Of a stretch of 64,000 nucleotides of DNA, positions 1-14,500 are shown piece by piece (within the stretch, counting starts at the first letter, position 1; the number at the start of each line of letters is the position of its first letter). Position numbers and translations under genes: made by a program. Under the pieces are notes generated by a model. It made no database searches. It was given only the letters and a program-made list of their open reading frames with translations, and had not been told where the DNA came from. Source of the stretch: the human T2T-CHM13v2.0 reference genome, Homo sapiens; NCBI RefSeq assembly GCF_009914755.1, contig NC_060940.1; one strand, written 5' to 3'.

Positions 1-296
1 GGTGAGTAGCCGTGGGCAAATCCATCCCCCTCGTCTTAGATTTATGGGGAGACAGACAAAGAGGAGACACTCCAGGAAGACCTGCAGGTGGGAGTACCAG
101 GTTGAAACCAAGGACACCTTCCTGGAGGAGCTGCTGCTTGAGCCAGCTCTGAGAACAGGTGGGGACAGGACTGGAGAGGAGGAGGGGGTCCCCTATGAGC
201 AAAGACTGGCCACCACCCCACCTAACACCCCCACAGGGCCCCTGTGGCATCCCTGTCCAGTCCCTGTCACCACCCAGTTTTTCCCTCTGGACCCAG

Positions 297-417
297 GAAT
301 TCAAAGTAAGCAAGGAGGTCCGCTGCTCCAGTTGGCTGCAAATAATTACAACCTTAAGCCCAAGCAGCACTTTGGGTCCTGGTTTGGGACCATGAAGCGA
401 CTCGGTGAGACTGAGAG
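297..417 (+). pseudogene. RALGDS/RGL4-like unprocessed pseudogene exon (C-terminal part of the CDC25/RasGEF domain), 1-nt frameshift
   Basis: Flanked by cag (acceptor 295-296) and gtaag (418). Translates EFKVSKEV/-1/LLQLAANNYNLKPKQHFGSWFGTMKRLGETE(S), matching recalled RALGDS EFEVIAQIKLLQSACNNYSIAPDEQFGAWFRAVERLSETES. 121 nt against the 122 expected. The window opens on a donor (g|gtgagt, 1-7) that probably belongs to the preceding exon. Confidence 0.85.
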
Positions 418-622
418 GTAAGGCCAGGGCAGGAATTGGGACAGTAGGATTGAACTCTCCCTGGGGGCCAGCCTCAGAAAGCCTGTGGCCATAGCCTCTT
501 GGCCAACATCAGATCCTGTGGTCTGGCAATGCCTGGGGTACCCAGACCTCACTCTGGACAGGCCCTGGGAGGGGGCCCTGGTGAGATTCCTGGCAGCCTC
601 ACAGCCACTCTTCTGTCCGTAG

Positions 623-712
623 CTACAACCTATCATGCCAGCTGGAGGCTCCATCCCAGTTGGCTGGGAGCACAAAGGCCAGGAAGATAGACATCACCCA
701 CCACAGGGGCCA
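623..712 (+). pseudogene. RALGDS/RGL4-like pseudogene exon
   Basis: Polypyrimidine tract and tag acceptor (621-622). Reads (S)YNLSCQLEAPSQLAGSTKARK vs RALGDS SYNLSCELEPPSESASNTLRTKK. Phase is compatible with the previous exon. The 3' end (gt at 713) is tentative. Confidence 0.8.
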
Positions 713-1032
713 GTCGGGGCCTGAGCCAGGGCGGGCAGAGGTTGGCTGCCTTGGGATATGGGTGGGCTCAGGGAGTCAGACAGCAAGGGACTAGCCTCCC
801 ATCCTACTCCTGACCAGACCTGTGACTGGGGAGAGTCACCTTACTTCTCTGGGCCTCAGTTTCCCCCTCTGTGGAGTGACGCTAAATGATCTCTCTGGAG
901 ACGGGGATCAATAGGGCACTGGTGATTGACCAGGCACTCAGCACATGCCTGGAACACACAGTGCAGGACTGTGGTGGGGAGGTGGCCTGAGATCCTGGGG
1001 AGTCACCCATGTGTGCCTGCCCTTCCGACCAG

Positions 1033-1200
1033 CCACCAGGCCCTCAGGGCAGAGCCCACTACCAGCAGCAGCTCACACCCCGAGACCAGCTCAGAGGCGG
1101 CCCCTACCTCAGCAGCAGGGACATCACGGACACTTTAAGCTGGTACTAGGGTGGCTTCTCCAGCTCCCACGTGGAGAGGGGTCCCAGCTGAGTCCCACTC
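1033..1200 (+). pseudogene. RALGDS-like pseudogene exon with frameshift and in-frame TAG
   Basis: After cag (1031-1032) reads HQALRAEPTTSSSSHP/fs/DQLRGGPYLSSRDITDTLSWY*GGFSSSHVE vs RALGDS RQAPSTELSTSGSSHSKSCDQLRCGPYLSSGDIADALSVHSAGSSSSDVEE. TAG at 1147-1149. The 3' end is approximate. Confidence 0.8.
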
Positions 1201-1689
1201 ACGTGGAGTCTCATGCCCATGAAAGCGCCATTCACCACTGGCCAGGCTCATGAGGCCGCATGAGGGGGGTCACTGGGGAGGAGATATCGGGGGAACAGAG
1301 AGGATGGCTGAATTTTTGTATAATAGGCAGTGCAAGTGTTTACCGTTTGGGAGGGGAAAGGTTTGTTATTATTAGCAATGCTACACTTGAATATTATACT
1401 AAAATCCAGTCTCTCTATAACCTGGGAGTTGCTCTTTTGTTCTTTCTTTTCCTGTCTTAATTAAAATGAGATGCAGACTCTCACGGTCCACAGTCAATTA
1501 AGAAATCTTGCACGGCCATCAGGTTATGTCTTGGAGAGCAGAGTTTCAGTACCATCAGCCTGGCAAGGAGCTGGGCCTGCTCCTCAGAGCTCCCGGGACT
1601 GCGAGATTTGGCGTGTTCACAGGGCACCGTCACAGCCTCTGAAACATGCTGTCTTTAAAGACTTTTGCCGTGGCTCACTCACTCACAGT

Positions 1690-1998
<309 letters not shown>

Positions 1999-3982
1999 AG
2001 ACATTTGCAAGGACCATGTCCTCACCCAGAATGGTGCCTGCCTTTCTACAGTTTTTCAGGAAGAGGAAACATTTTCTGCTTCTCTCGCTGAGGTTTTTTT
2101 TAACCACCCATTAGGAACCTATAGATTTCAGGATCGAACACTGGGATTCCCTCAGCACTAAAGGAGGAAAATTGCAAACAGAGCTGGAAGTGCAATGTGG
2201 AAAGGTCAGGCTGAGGAAGGTTCTTAGCCAGTAGACCAAGGGCAGGAAGGACACTGCCTCCTCAGTCTCCCACTAGGGAACTTGTGATTCTTGTCCCCTG
2301 ATGTCAGAATTCCTTGTCATGTTTGTTTTGTCTCCAAGGGAAGGGTTTGAATTTCAGAATTTAAGGCTAGAGTGGGCCTCGTGCAGTTAACATTAACCCT
2401 CTCTCTCCTTCGCTGGCCGAGGTGAGGTCCAGGACCATGTAGTTCTGACGTCCACTCTCTCGGGGGATCACCAGTTCACCCATCTCACCCGGCAAGCTGG
2501 GCCCTAGTTTGGCGACAGGCATCTTCCACCCACCTGGGAGGCAGGGTTCAACACTCTGCCTCTGACCTTGTTTCCTTCTTCTGCCACCTGCTTAGGCAAC
2601 CAGAAGGGGTTGTCCAGCCAGCACCTGGGCTTTAGCGCTCCTCAACCAGGTGGAGGAAGTTTCAGGCACCTGGCTCCTCAGGTGTCTGCCATCCAGGTGC
2701 TCTTCAGGCTTGCCCAGCAGAGCTCTCTTGATCCAGCTAGAACTGGCCAGAACTGACTCACTCAGGAATGTGTAGACTTTGGCATCAGGGGCTGCTTTAA
2801 TTTGCACAATTTCCAAATACCTCTTTTTTCTTCTTTTTCTGATGAGTCATCTCCCTAGACTTGCATTTTAAAGAGATAGATAGTTATCAGGTTCCAGAGA
2901 AGACGTGGTAGAACATTTATATCTCAAAGACACAGAGCTGAGACTTCAGGTTGAGATATGATAATTTGCCTAAACCAAAAAGGAAGGTGTAGGTAAAGTT
3001 CTAGTCAAGACAGGATGGCCAGGAAAAACACCTTAAACCAAAGGATGGCTTGCTTTGCTGATTTAAGCCAATGGCTTCTTTATCATAAGACTTCCCAGTG
3101 ATTTAGTCCTCCCTCTCTTCCAGTGCACAGAGACATACCCCTCCTTACAAATTAAAAATGTTCTTTATAGATGGAAATTTATTTTACAAAAATGTTTCAA
3201 AATAACCAGATGAAAATCATCCTTATGCCAGAAAGACTTTATTTTTTTATTACTAGAAATGAAACACTAAGTATTTGTTGTATTGACATACTTAGGCTTA
3301 GACCTATGTTTAACAAGAAAGCCTTAATAATAGCACTGTGGTTAGACTCTAGCCTATTTTTCCAAACCATCATTTTATTATTAAGGAAACAAAGGATCAA
3401 ATACCTTTCATTCATCTGATATGATCCTTTAAAACACATTCCACCAATAAGTCCTATTTGGAACAGCTGAAAATCTTTTAATAAAACTTTTTAAAGATGA
3501 ACTCATGGCTTAGTGTAAATTTCACAAGCTTAATTAGGTCAAGTGGAAGGAACTCAGATGAGTAGTTGCCCAATCAGAGCCCATTATTTGTAAGTCATCA
3601 GCCCCCTCCATGACCTTAAAACTCCACTCTGACCTAATTATTGCAAACCTATACACAACAAAGTGAAAGGATTAATTTTCATTCATCAACCTCTCAATCC
3701 CAGATTTTCAAAGAAAAAAACCTGTGTAAGGAATACTTACCAAAACCAGACAGGAAAATTAGAGCCTGCATACTTAAGAGTCAAATTTGTTCCACTACAG
3801 CCAGGTCGCATACAGTTACATCATTTGGTTCTTCATACACTCTAGAACTGACCAGGACAGAGTTTAGCATAGAAAAACTGTAAGAAATAGGTTCTGAAAC
3901 ATAGAAATTGCAAAGTTCAAAAGGCTATGAAAAAAACGAATGTAAATGAGACTTCCCTCCCTTTGTTTTAAATAAATAGACC

Positions 3983-4735
3983 CATCAGAGAAATGCAAAT
4001 CAAAACCACAATGAGATACCATCTCACACCAGTTAGAATGGCGATCATTAAAAAGTCAGGAAACAACAGGTGCTGCCGAGGATGTGGAGAAATAGGAACA
4101 CTTTTACACTGTTGGTGGGACTGTAAACTAGTTCAACCATTGTGGAAGACAGTGTGGCCATTCCTCAGGGATCTAGAACTAGAAATACCATTTGACCCAG
4201 CCATCCCACTACTGGGTATATACCCAAAGGATTATAAATCATGCTGCTATAAAGACACATGCACACGTATGTTTATTGTGGCACTACTCACAATAGCAAA
4301 GACTTGGAACAAACCCAAATGTCCAAAAACGATAGACTGGATTAAGAAAATGTGGCACATATACACCATGGAATACTATGCAGCCATAAAAAATGATGAG
4401 TTCATATCCTTTGCAGGGACATGGATGAAGCTGGAAACCATCATTCTTAGCAAACTATCACAAGGACAAAAAACCAAACACCGCATGTTCTCACTCATAG
4501 ATGGGAATTGAACAATGAGAACACTTGGACACAGGAAGGGGAACATCACACACCAGGGCCTGTTGTGGGGTGGGGGGAGGGGGGAGGGATAGCATTAGGA
4601 GATATGCCTAATATAAATGATGAGTTAATGGGTGCAGCACACCAACATGGCACATGTATTCATATGCAACAAACCTGCACATTGTGCATGTGTACCCTAG
4701 AATTTAAAGTATAATAAAAAAATAAAAAAAGAAAG
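3983..4735 (+). mobile_element. 5'-truncated L1PA (ORF2 C-terminus, 3' UTR, polyA)
   Basis: ORF 3993-4511 is the L1 ORF2 C-terminus ([23 protein letters not shown]...). G-rich 3' UTR and A-tail follow. Probable TSD aaa(t/g)aaataga at ~3970-3980 and ~4732-4742. Confidence 0.95.
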
Positions 4736-6762
4736 AAATAGATGTTCTGTAAAAATATACACAATTTTTACAGACAAATACATTTATAAGTTGTTTTTAT
4801 CTTAAAAATTGGGGATATTTCATATTTATAACTAATTATTGAGCCTTAAGTTTTCTTGGCCATTTCTAGGCTAATAAACTAAGAATCATGTAAACTAAGC
4901 CAAAGTAGAATAGTCATAAAAGTCCTGAACACTTCAACTTCCTATTCTTCAAGAAGTATACTTGGCAAATCTCATTTGAGAGAGGAAAAGCTTTCCTCCA
5001 CCCTCTGTTTTACAGCGCTGAGGCTTCTCATCACATTTCTATGACTTGTAGCTTAATCCATGTTACATGGTCACTGGCATTATTAGTGCTTCTCTTTTAA
5101 CACTGTAGGAATTAATCAATTTGGTGGTGTATTTAATTAATTCTATCACTAGAGGATTGTAAAATTACATATATGAATACCTCACTTTAGAGGCCACTTA
5201 ATTTTTTTCCAAGGGGATATTTGACTATATTTCACTTGTGTCTTAATGATTTTATAATTTAAACCCTAAATTATAAATCTAGAATTTAGAAAGTATATTT
5301 CCTCACTGGATTACATTTTTGGAAATATTATTTTATATGTGCACAAATATTACAAAATCACCGTAGACACCTGAAAACTATATTATCTTTTAAAGGCAAT
5401 ATTCTACATTAAACTGCTATAACAAAATTGTTTGGTGCATTTTTTCTAGTACATTTTGTATATATTACATGTTTAACCTTTTTTTTATCCAGCAAATAAT
5501 TTTTGAGTATCCACTAAGTGCTAGGTTCTGCATGACTAACTGAATTTAAAGAGTGAAATAACAGACATGGTCTCAGACAATAAAAATTAACATTAGGTCA
5601 CCTATTTATATATTTTTAAATGGTAATTATGAAAACTTTTTGAGATTTTTAACTAGATAACATTATAATAACACACTTGATGTTGTTAATATTTGCCAGT
5701 GAGCAAAAAAGAAAATAAAAAGATGGTTTTATTCAATATACACTTTAAAATTGCAGGAAATAGTCAAGTTTCTCTGCTTTGCAGTTGAATGTCTATGTGT
5801 TTTTCTCTGCAACTTGGCTTTTGTGGAGTGAGAGAAACAATTATTCTTCCAGCCCAATGAAGGCAGAAGAGTAACAATAAATCTAATATTTTAAATGCTT
5901 ATCAAAAGGTAGTAAACATATTATTTCAGAATACTGAGATCAATAAGTTGACCTAGAAAAAAAGCCAAACTGACAGTATTACTGAATAAGGAAAGGCCCA
6001 AAGAGACAAAATACTTATTATTTTGTAACCTCGATATGACACAACTTACCCTAACTATAAAGACCCTAAATTACCAAGATGGGTGCTTATAATATGGAGA
6101 GTAAAAAAAGTCATTTCACTTTTAGCTTTTTTATTTCTCTCAGAATAAAAAGTGTATAAGGAGTTGATAAAGAAGTTGATACTATAAGTTAGTACTACAA
6201 TGACAGCACTTTTCAAGAAAAGACTTTTTTCTCTCTTACAAATATCATGTTAGCAGTATTTGTTTTCTCCAGAAATAATGAGGAAATAAAAACATAAGTA
6301 TGTGGGTAATTAGTGTAGTTTCTTAAAGAAATGAGTTAGGCAACAGGCTAATAATGTATACTTCGCTGGCTTTTGAATGCCAACAATCATATTCTTTATA
6401 AGGCACAGGGAAGATTTTTCTAAAGAACAAGTATGTGAACCTGAAAAGTAATCACCACTTGGTAGTGACAATATGGATAGGGTGAAGGGCGTCACCAAGA
6501 AGCAATGAAAAGATACATTTGCAGTTAAATTTGAAAACCATGATGTTTAATACATATAGTAATAAAGAATACTTTCTCCTGTTTCAAAATTATTTTAGAA
6601 TTTAAGATAGAAGCTAAAATACCTAGGGATAATGATATGACTATCGAAAATTAAAAATTAAAGGACATTTTGAGTATTAGAAGTTAAGAATGAGAACTTA
6701 TTACCCAATGAACAGGGGATAATTCATTATGCTCCATATCCATTGAATTAAAAGACAGGCCC

Positions 6763-7106
<344 letters not shown>

Positions 7107-7921
7107 TTAAAAGTCTTGTTTCATTCATCAAGCTAAAGGATTAGCTCCCAGAAATATTCTAGGATTGCATATCCCCAACTCTGTAGGAAGTATAGAAAGA
7201 ATGTTATAAGGGCCACCACCTAAACATTATTATGTAAATAATTTAGTACCATTCCATTTGCCTTTGTAGATTTAAAAATGTAAATGGCTTTCTCATATTA
7301 GGAAACATCATTTTTCAAAACCCAGATAAACGTAGTATATTGCAAGAGAATAATTATTTTCTTTATTAAAAAAGAAATACTGGATGCTAAGTCCAAAAGA
7401 CATAAATTATTTTATACTAATAACTACCAACATTTTATTCATTAAAATATAAAGGTCAAAGATTTTAAAATGATCTTTAAATGATTAATAACATGTTGAT
7501 CTTTTTCTTCTTTCTGTAAACCTTTTTGAGTCTTAAAAATACTAAACTATACAAGCAATATTAAATAGTATATAAACTTGGATTAAAATATTCAAATTTA
7601 CTAGAATGTGGACATTGGAAAGAATGAAAATAAACAGAAGCATAAAGCAGCAGATATAAAATTACGAAAGCAACTAAGAGTGTTTAAAGTACATATTCAT
7701 CTGTAGTCTAATGTCTACCATAAACAATGACTCTTCTCAGTAAAACACAAGTCGTTCATGAAGGGAAAAAGCATGTTGTATTAGAGAATATTCAACATAA
7801 CTTTTTTAGTACTAACTTGTGCCTGGAGTATTATTGGCTTTTCTATTATGAACTTATGCACTTGATATTTTTTTTCATAAAGATTGTATGTACAACTCCA
7901 TTCAAAAGCAGTTTTTGGTGG

Positions 7922-8234
7922 TTTTTTTTTTTTTTTTTTTTTTTTGAGACAGAGTTTTGCTCTTTTCACCCAGGCTGGAGTGCAATGGTGCGAACTTGGC
8001 TCACAGCAACCTAGCAACCTTTGCCTCCCAGGTTCAGGTGATTGTCTTGCCTCAGCCTCCTGAGTGGTTAGGACTACAAGCATGTACCACCATGCCTGGC
8101 TAATTTTGTGTTTTCAGTAGAGACATGGTTTTGCCATGTTGACCAGGCTGGTCTTGAACTCCTGACCTGAGGTAATCCGCCCACCTTGGCCTCCCAAAGT
8201 GCTGGGTATGGGCAAGAGCCACCATACCCGGCCT
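7922..8234 (-). mobile_element. Alu (AluS-type)
   Basis: PolyT followed by reverse-complement Alu consensus. Flanked by aaaagcagttttt on both sides (TSD). Confidence 0.9.
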
Positions 8235-8605
8235 CAAAAGCAGTTTTTAAAAGCAAACACAATATAACACCAAAGTTGAAAAATCCAGGCTCACCCAAGG
8301 ATGCCAGGTTTAATAAATTATTTATAGAACACTGCATCAAAAATAAGACAATAACCCAAAATATACCATTAAAGATGTATCCACTCCTACAACTAGAGAT
8401 AATTAATCTATCTGGTAGCAAATGATACTTCAATCAGTTTCAGCATGTCTGAAATCTTTAAGGACAAAAGTGATAAAACATGACTTCATTCTTCATTAGA
8501 CTCTTAGAACACTTGAAGGAAGATAATTTCTGAAGCACAAAGAGGTAAAGAGGTGTAATCTCTCAAAAAGATATTCAGTGTTCAAAATCCAAGAGTGCAA
8601 TATCA

Positions 8606-8895
8606 GGCTGGGTGCGGTGGCTTATGCCTGTAATCCCAGCACTTTGGGAGACCATGGTGGGTGGATCACCTGAGGTCAGGAGTTCGAGACCAGCCTGGAC
8701 AACAGGGTGAAACTCTGACTGTACTAAAAATACAAAAATTAGCCAGGCATGGTGGTGTGCACCTGTAGTCCTAGCTACTTGGGGGGCTGAGACAGGAGAA
8801 TCGCTTGAACCTGGGAGGTGGAGGTTGCAGATCATGCCACCTCACTCCAGCATCAGTAACAGAATGAGATTCCATCTCAAAAAAAAAAAAAAAAA
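8606..8895 (+). mobile_element. Alu (AluS-type)
   Basis: Alu consensus with A-tail. aagagtg(c/t)aatatca on both sides (TSD). Confidence 0.9.
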
Positions 8896-9454
8896 GAGTG
8901 TAATATCATATCGGTATACACAGATAATACACTGAATGAAAGAAATAGAATAATTTGAAGAGGTATCTTGATGAACGAGGAGTCATTAGAAAGGTTGTAT
9001 TCATGTCTTTGAAGCAACTTTGCAATGTGAGAAATTAATACTTTGACTACTATACTAAAAGTTTATTGCTAACATGTATTGAGTTATTAACGTGTGTTAG
9101 GCAGAGTACCATATAATTTGCAAGTGTTATCTCATTTATTGTAGGTAAAATGTAATTTCGAACTCTGGGAGTATAAACGAATTAGATAGAATAAAATTCT
9201 ATTTAAATTGCTATCAGTAAATCGGTATCTAGGAACAGGGTGATACAGTGCCCAAGTTTTCTATTCTTACTAAACGTTGTGTTTCATTTTCAATGTTTTC
9301 TTGGATATTGCTCTTTTTTGGCGACTTTGATTTTTTTTATTTTAGAAAACTAATAAATTGACTCTTCTTGGTACTGACTCTTGGGTTTTATAGAAGAAAA
9401 AGTAATTAAATTCTGTACATTTACCTTTACCTCATTTTTTCTCTTTTAAATTTA

Positions 9455-10815
9455 CTTTGACATATAATAAATGTACATGTTATGGGGTACAGAGTGATAT
9501 TTTGATATATTTATGCAATGCATAAAGATCAAGTCACAGTCATTATCACATCCATTACCTAAATCATGTATTATTTCTTTTCAGTGAGAATATTCAAAAT
9601 CTTTTATTTTAGTTATTTGAAAACACACAATAAATTCCCGTTAACTACAGTCACCCAACAGTGCTGTAGAGAACTAGAACTTCTTCCTTCTCTCCACCTG
9701 TAATTTTGTATGTATTAACCACATTTTTCTTATACTCTTCTTTCTCCTACTCTTTCCAGGATATGGTAACCAAAACTCTACTATCTACTTCTACGAGATT
9801 AAAAATTTTAGCTTCCATACATAAGTGAGAACACGTAGTTATGTGGTGTTTATGTTTCTATGCCAGGCTTATTTCACCTAACATAGTGCCCTCCACTTGC
9901 ATTCTTGTTGCCACAAATAACAGGATTTTGTTCTTTATTATGACTAAATAATATTCCATTATATATGTATGTCACATTTCTTTATCCATTCATCTGTTGA
10001 TGGACACTTTTGTTGATTCCATATCTTGGCTATTGTGAATAGTGTTGTAATAAACATGCAGGTGCAGGTAACTCTTTGATATACTGATTTTCTTTCCTTT
10101 GGATATATACTGAAAACCATATGATCAAATTAATAAACACAATAAAAGCATTTGGCAAAATTAAATATTCTTACATGACAAAAAACCTCTTAACAATTTA
10201 GTATAGAAAATATATGCCTTAACACAGAAGGACATAAAGGACAAATCTACAGCTAAGATCATACTGAGTGTGGAAAAGGTGAAAGATTTTACTGTGAACA
10301 AGAAAAAGATTTTACTGTAACAAGAAAAGGATGCCTATTTTCACCAATCATATTTCACATAGTGAAAGTCTTAGCCAGGACAATTAGGTGAGAGAAAGAA
10401 ATACAGGATATCTGAATTGGAAAGGAGACAGTCAAATTGTCCTTGTTTAAAGACAATGTGATCTTATACACGGAAAAAAATAAGATGCTACCAAAAGCTT
10501 CTTAGGGTGATACATGAAATTAATAAAGTTGCAGGATATAAATCAACATACAAAAATCAGTAGCATTTCTATATATTGATAGTAAACTAGCTGAAACAAG
10601 AAATTAAGAAAGCAATTCCTTTTACAATAGCTACAAAAATGTACTTAGAAATAAATTTAACCAAGGAAGTAAAAGATTTCTACAACAAAAATGACGAATA
10701 TTAATGAAAGAAATTAAAGAAAACACAAAAAAGACATCCACGTTTATAGATTGAAATAACTAATATTCTTAAAATGACCCACTATCCTATGTAATTTACA
10801 AATTTAGTACAATCA
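9455..10815 (-). mobile_element. Old L1 (L1MA-like) with inverted 5' part: 3' end on - (9455-10110), ORF2 piece on + (10111-10815)
   Basis: 9460-10110 is the reverse complement of an L1M 3' end (tatccattcatctgttgatggacac). 10111-10815 is degenerate sense ORF2 RT-region sequence (atacaaaaatcagtagcatttctata). Confidence 0.7.
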
Positions 10816-11524
10816 CTAGCTTGTATTTTTAAAAGCACCTTTGCTGCATATTCTTAAGATATTCAATGACAATGCCTGGATTTATGTTTGAGGTATTATT
10901 ATATCTATTTTATATTGGGCACAATATAATGTTATCAGAGGTAACGGTTTTGATTGGTCCTAGGTCATACAGTAATATATACATTGTGATTTATAGACGT
11001 TATCTTTTAATACTCAGGCATTTAGAAAGTTCATTTAGACAAAGTTATAAAAACTTGCCTTCCTTTCTGCCTATATCACCTAAAAATCCTAATTTAAGAG
11101 GTAATAACATTTTTTATTTGATATACAATTTATCAACACAATAAAAATCTAACAATTATCATGTGCAGAGTGTGAAAATCTCATCAGATTAAGGAACGCA
11201 AAGACATCTTTTTCATATTTCGAATGTAAAACTCTTTTGGAAACTTATTTTTAGAAACAGTTAAAAACACTTTTTCATTAGTTTTTCATGTAAAATTGTG
11301 ACAACCAGCATGAAATAACTGTCATCACAGAAGCATGGTATATTTGATTCCAAAACATATTCTTTGTAAGTTTTAATATATTTATGTATTATTTATACTT
11401 AGATTGTAACCCATAATGTAGATATTATTTTTCCTTCAACTCTTAAGAATATTCTTAAATAATAAAATTAAAATGAATTGTAATTTTTGTTGGTTGGGAA
11501 AAAGAATAGACACACACGTGACAG

Positions 11525-14500
11525 TGCATCACTTCACCTCATCATTTCATCTCATCATTTCATCTCATTTCATCATTTCATCTCATCATTTCATCTCATT
11601 TTATCTCATCATATCATCTCATCATTTCATCAAATCTCATCTCATTTCCATTTCATTTTCATTATTTCATTTCACTATTTCATTTAATTTCATCTAATTT
11701 CATTATGTCACTTCATATCATCTCATTTCATCTCATCATTTTTCATATCATTTTTCATCTCATCATTTCATCTCAATTCATTTCATCTCATCATTTCATC
11801 TCATCTCATCATTTCCTCCTTTCAACATTTCATCTCATCATTTCTTCTCATCTCATTTCAATTTCATTATTTCATTTCATCTCATTTCATTATTTCACCT
11901 AATCTCATTATTTCATCTCATCTCATCTCAATTCATCTCATCTCATTTCATCTCATCATTTCATCTCATCATTTTTCATCTCATTTAATCTCATTTCATT
12001 TCGTCTCATCATTTCAGCTCATCATTTCATCTCACCACATCTCTTCATTTCATCATTTCATCTCATCTCATCTTTCAATTTCATTTCAATATCATTTCCT
12101 CATTTCATCTCATTTCATTATTTCATTATTTCATTTCATCTCATTTCAATTCATCTCATTTCATCTCATCATTTTTATCTCATCATTTCATCTCATCATA
12201 TCTCATCATTTCATCATTTCATCTCATTTCTTCTCATCATTTCATCTCATCAGTTTAACTCATTTCGTCTCATCTCAATTTCATTATTTCATTTCATTTC
12301 ACTTTATTTCATTTCATCTCATCTCATCATTTCATCTCATCTTACCTCATTTCATCTCATCATTTCATCATTTCATCTCATTTCATCTCATCTCACCTCA
12401 TCTCATTTCATCTCATCTCATCATTTCATCTCATCCTTTCATTTCATCTCCTTTCACCTCATCTCACCTCAGCATTTCATCATTTCATCTCATTTCATCT
12501 CATCTCACCTCATCTCATTTCATCTCATCTCATCATTTCATCTCATCCTTTCATTTCATCTCCTTTCACCTCATCTCACCTCAGCATTTCATCATTTCAT
12601 CTCATCATTTCTTATTTCATCTCATTTTATCTCATTTCATCTCATTTCAATTTCCTTCATTATTTCATTTCATCTCATTCATTTCATCTCATTTCATTAC
12701 ATCTCATCATTACATCTCATCTCATCTCATCATTTCATCTCATCATTGCATCTCATCATTCATCTCATCATTTCATCTCATCTCATCATTTCCATTTCCA
12801 TTTCATTATTTCATTTCATCATTTAATTTCATCATCTCATTTAATTTCACCTCATTTCATTATTTCATTTCATTATGTCATTTCATTTCATCTCATTACA
12901 TTTCATCTAATTTCATTTCATCTAATTTCATCTCATTTCATCTCTTTTCATCTCATCATTTCATCTCATCATCTCATCAACTCATTTCATCTTATCATTT
13001 CATCATTTCATCTCATCTTATATCTTCTCATCTCATTTCAATTTCATTTCATTATTTCATTTCATTATTTCATGTCATGTCATCTCATCATTTCATCTCA
13101 TCACATCTCATCATTTCATCATTTTATTTCATTTCATCTTATTATTTCATCTCATCTCATTTCAATTTTATTTCAATTTCATTTTATTTCATTATTTCAT
13201 ATCATTTCATCTCATTATTTCATTATTTCATTTCATTTCATCTCATCATTTCATCTCATCATTTCATCTCATCGTCTCCTCTTATCTCATTTCATCTCAT
13301 TCACCTCATCATTTCATCTCATTATTTTATCTCACCATTTCATTTCATCTCATCTCATCATTTCATCTCATTTCATCATTACATCTTATTTCATCTCATT
13401 TTATGTCATTTCATGTCATCATTTCATCACATCTCGTCTCATCTCATCTTTTCATCTCATCATTTCATCTCATTTCAACTCATTGCATCTCATCTCATGA
13501 TTTCCATTTCATCATTCCATTTCATCATTTCATTTCATTATTTCATTTCATTATGTCATTTCATCTCATCACATTTCATCTCATCTCATCATTTCATCTT
13601 TCATCTCATTATTTCATCTGATTTCATGTCATCATATCATGTCATCATTTCATCTTTCATCACATCTCATCTCATCATTTAATCTCATTTCATCTCATCA
13701 TTTCATCTCATCTCATCATTTCTTATTTCATCTCATTTTATCTCATCATTTCATCTCATCTCATCTCAATTCAATTTCCTTTCATTATTTCATTTCATCT
13801 CATTCATTTCATCTCATTTCATTACATCTCATCATTACATCTCACCTCATCATTTCATCTCATCATTGCATCTCATCATTCATCTCATCATTTCATCTCA
13901 TCTCATCATTTCCATTTCATTTCCATTTCATTATTTCATCACTTAATTTCATCATCTCATTTAATTTCACCTCATTTCATTATTTCATTTCATTTTTTCA
14001 TTTCATTATGTCATTTCATTTCATCTCATTACATTTCATCTAATTTCATTTCATCTAATTTCATCTCATCATTTCATCTCATCATCTCATCAACTCATTT
14101 CATCTTATCATTTCATCATTTCATCTCATCATTTCATCTCATCTCATATCTTCTCATCTCAATTTCATTTCATTATTTCATTTCATTATTTCATGTCATG
14201 TCATCTCATCATTTCATCTCATCACATCTCATCATTTCATCATTTTATTTCATCATTTCATCTTATTTCATCTCATCTCATTTCAATTTTATTTCAATTT
14301 CATTTTATTTCATTATTTCATATCATTCATCTCATTATTTCATTTCATTTCATTTCATCTCATCATTTCATCTCATCATCTCCTCTTATCATTCATCTGA
14401 TCATTTCATATCATCATTTCATATCATCACTTTATCTCACCATTTCATCTCATCTCATCATTTCATCTCATTTCATTCATTACATCTTATTTCATCTCAT

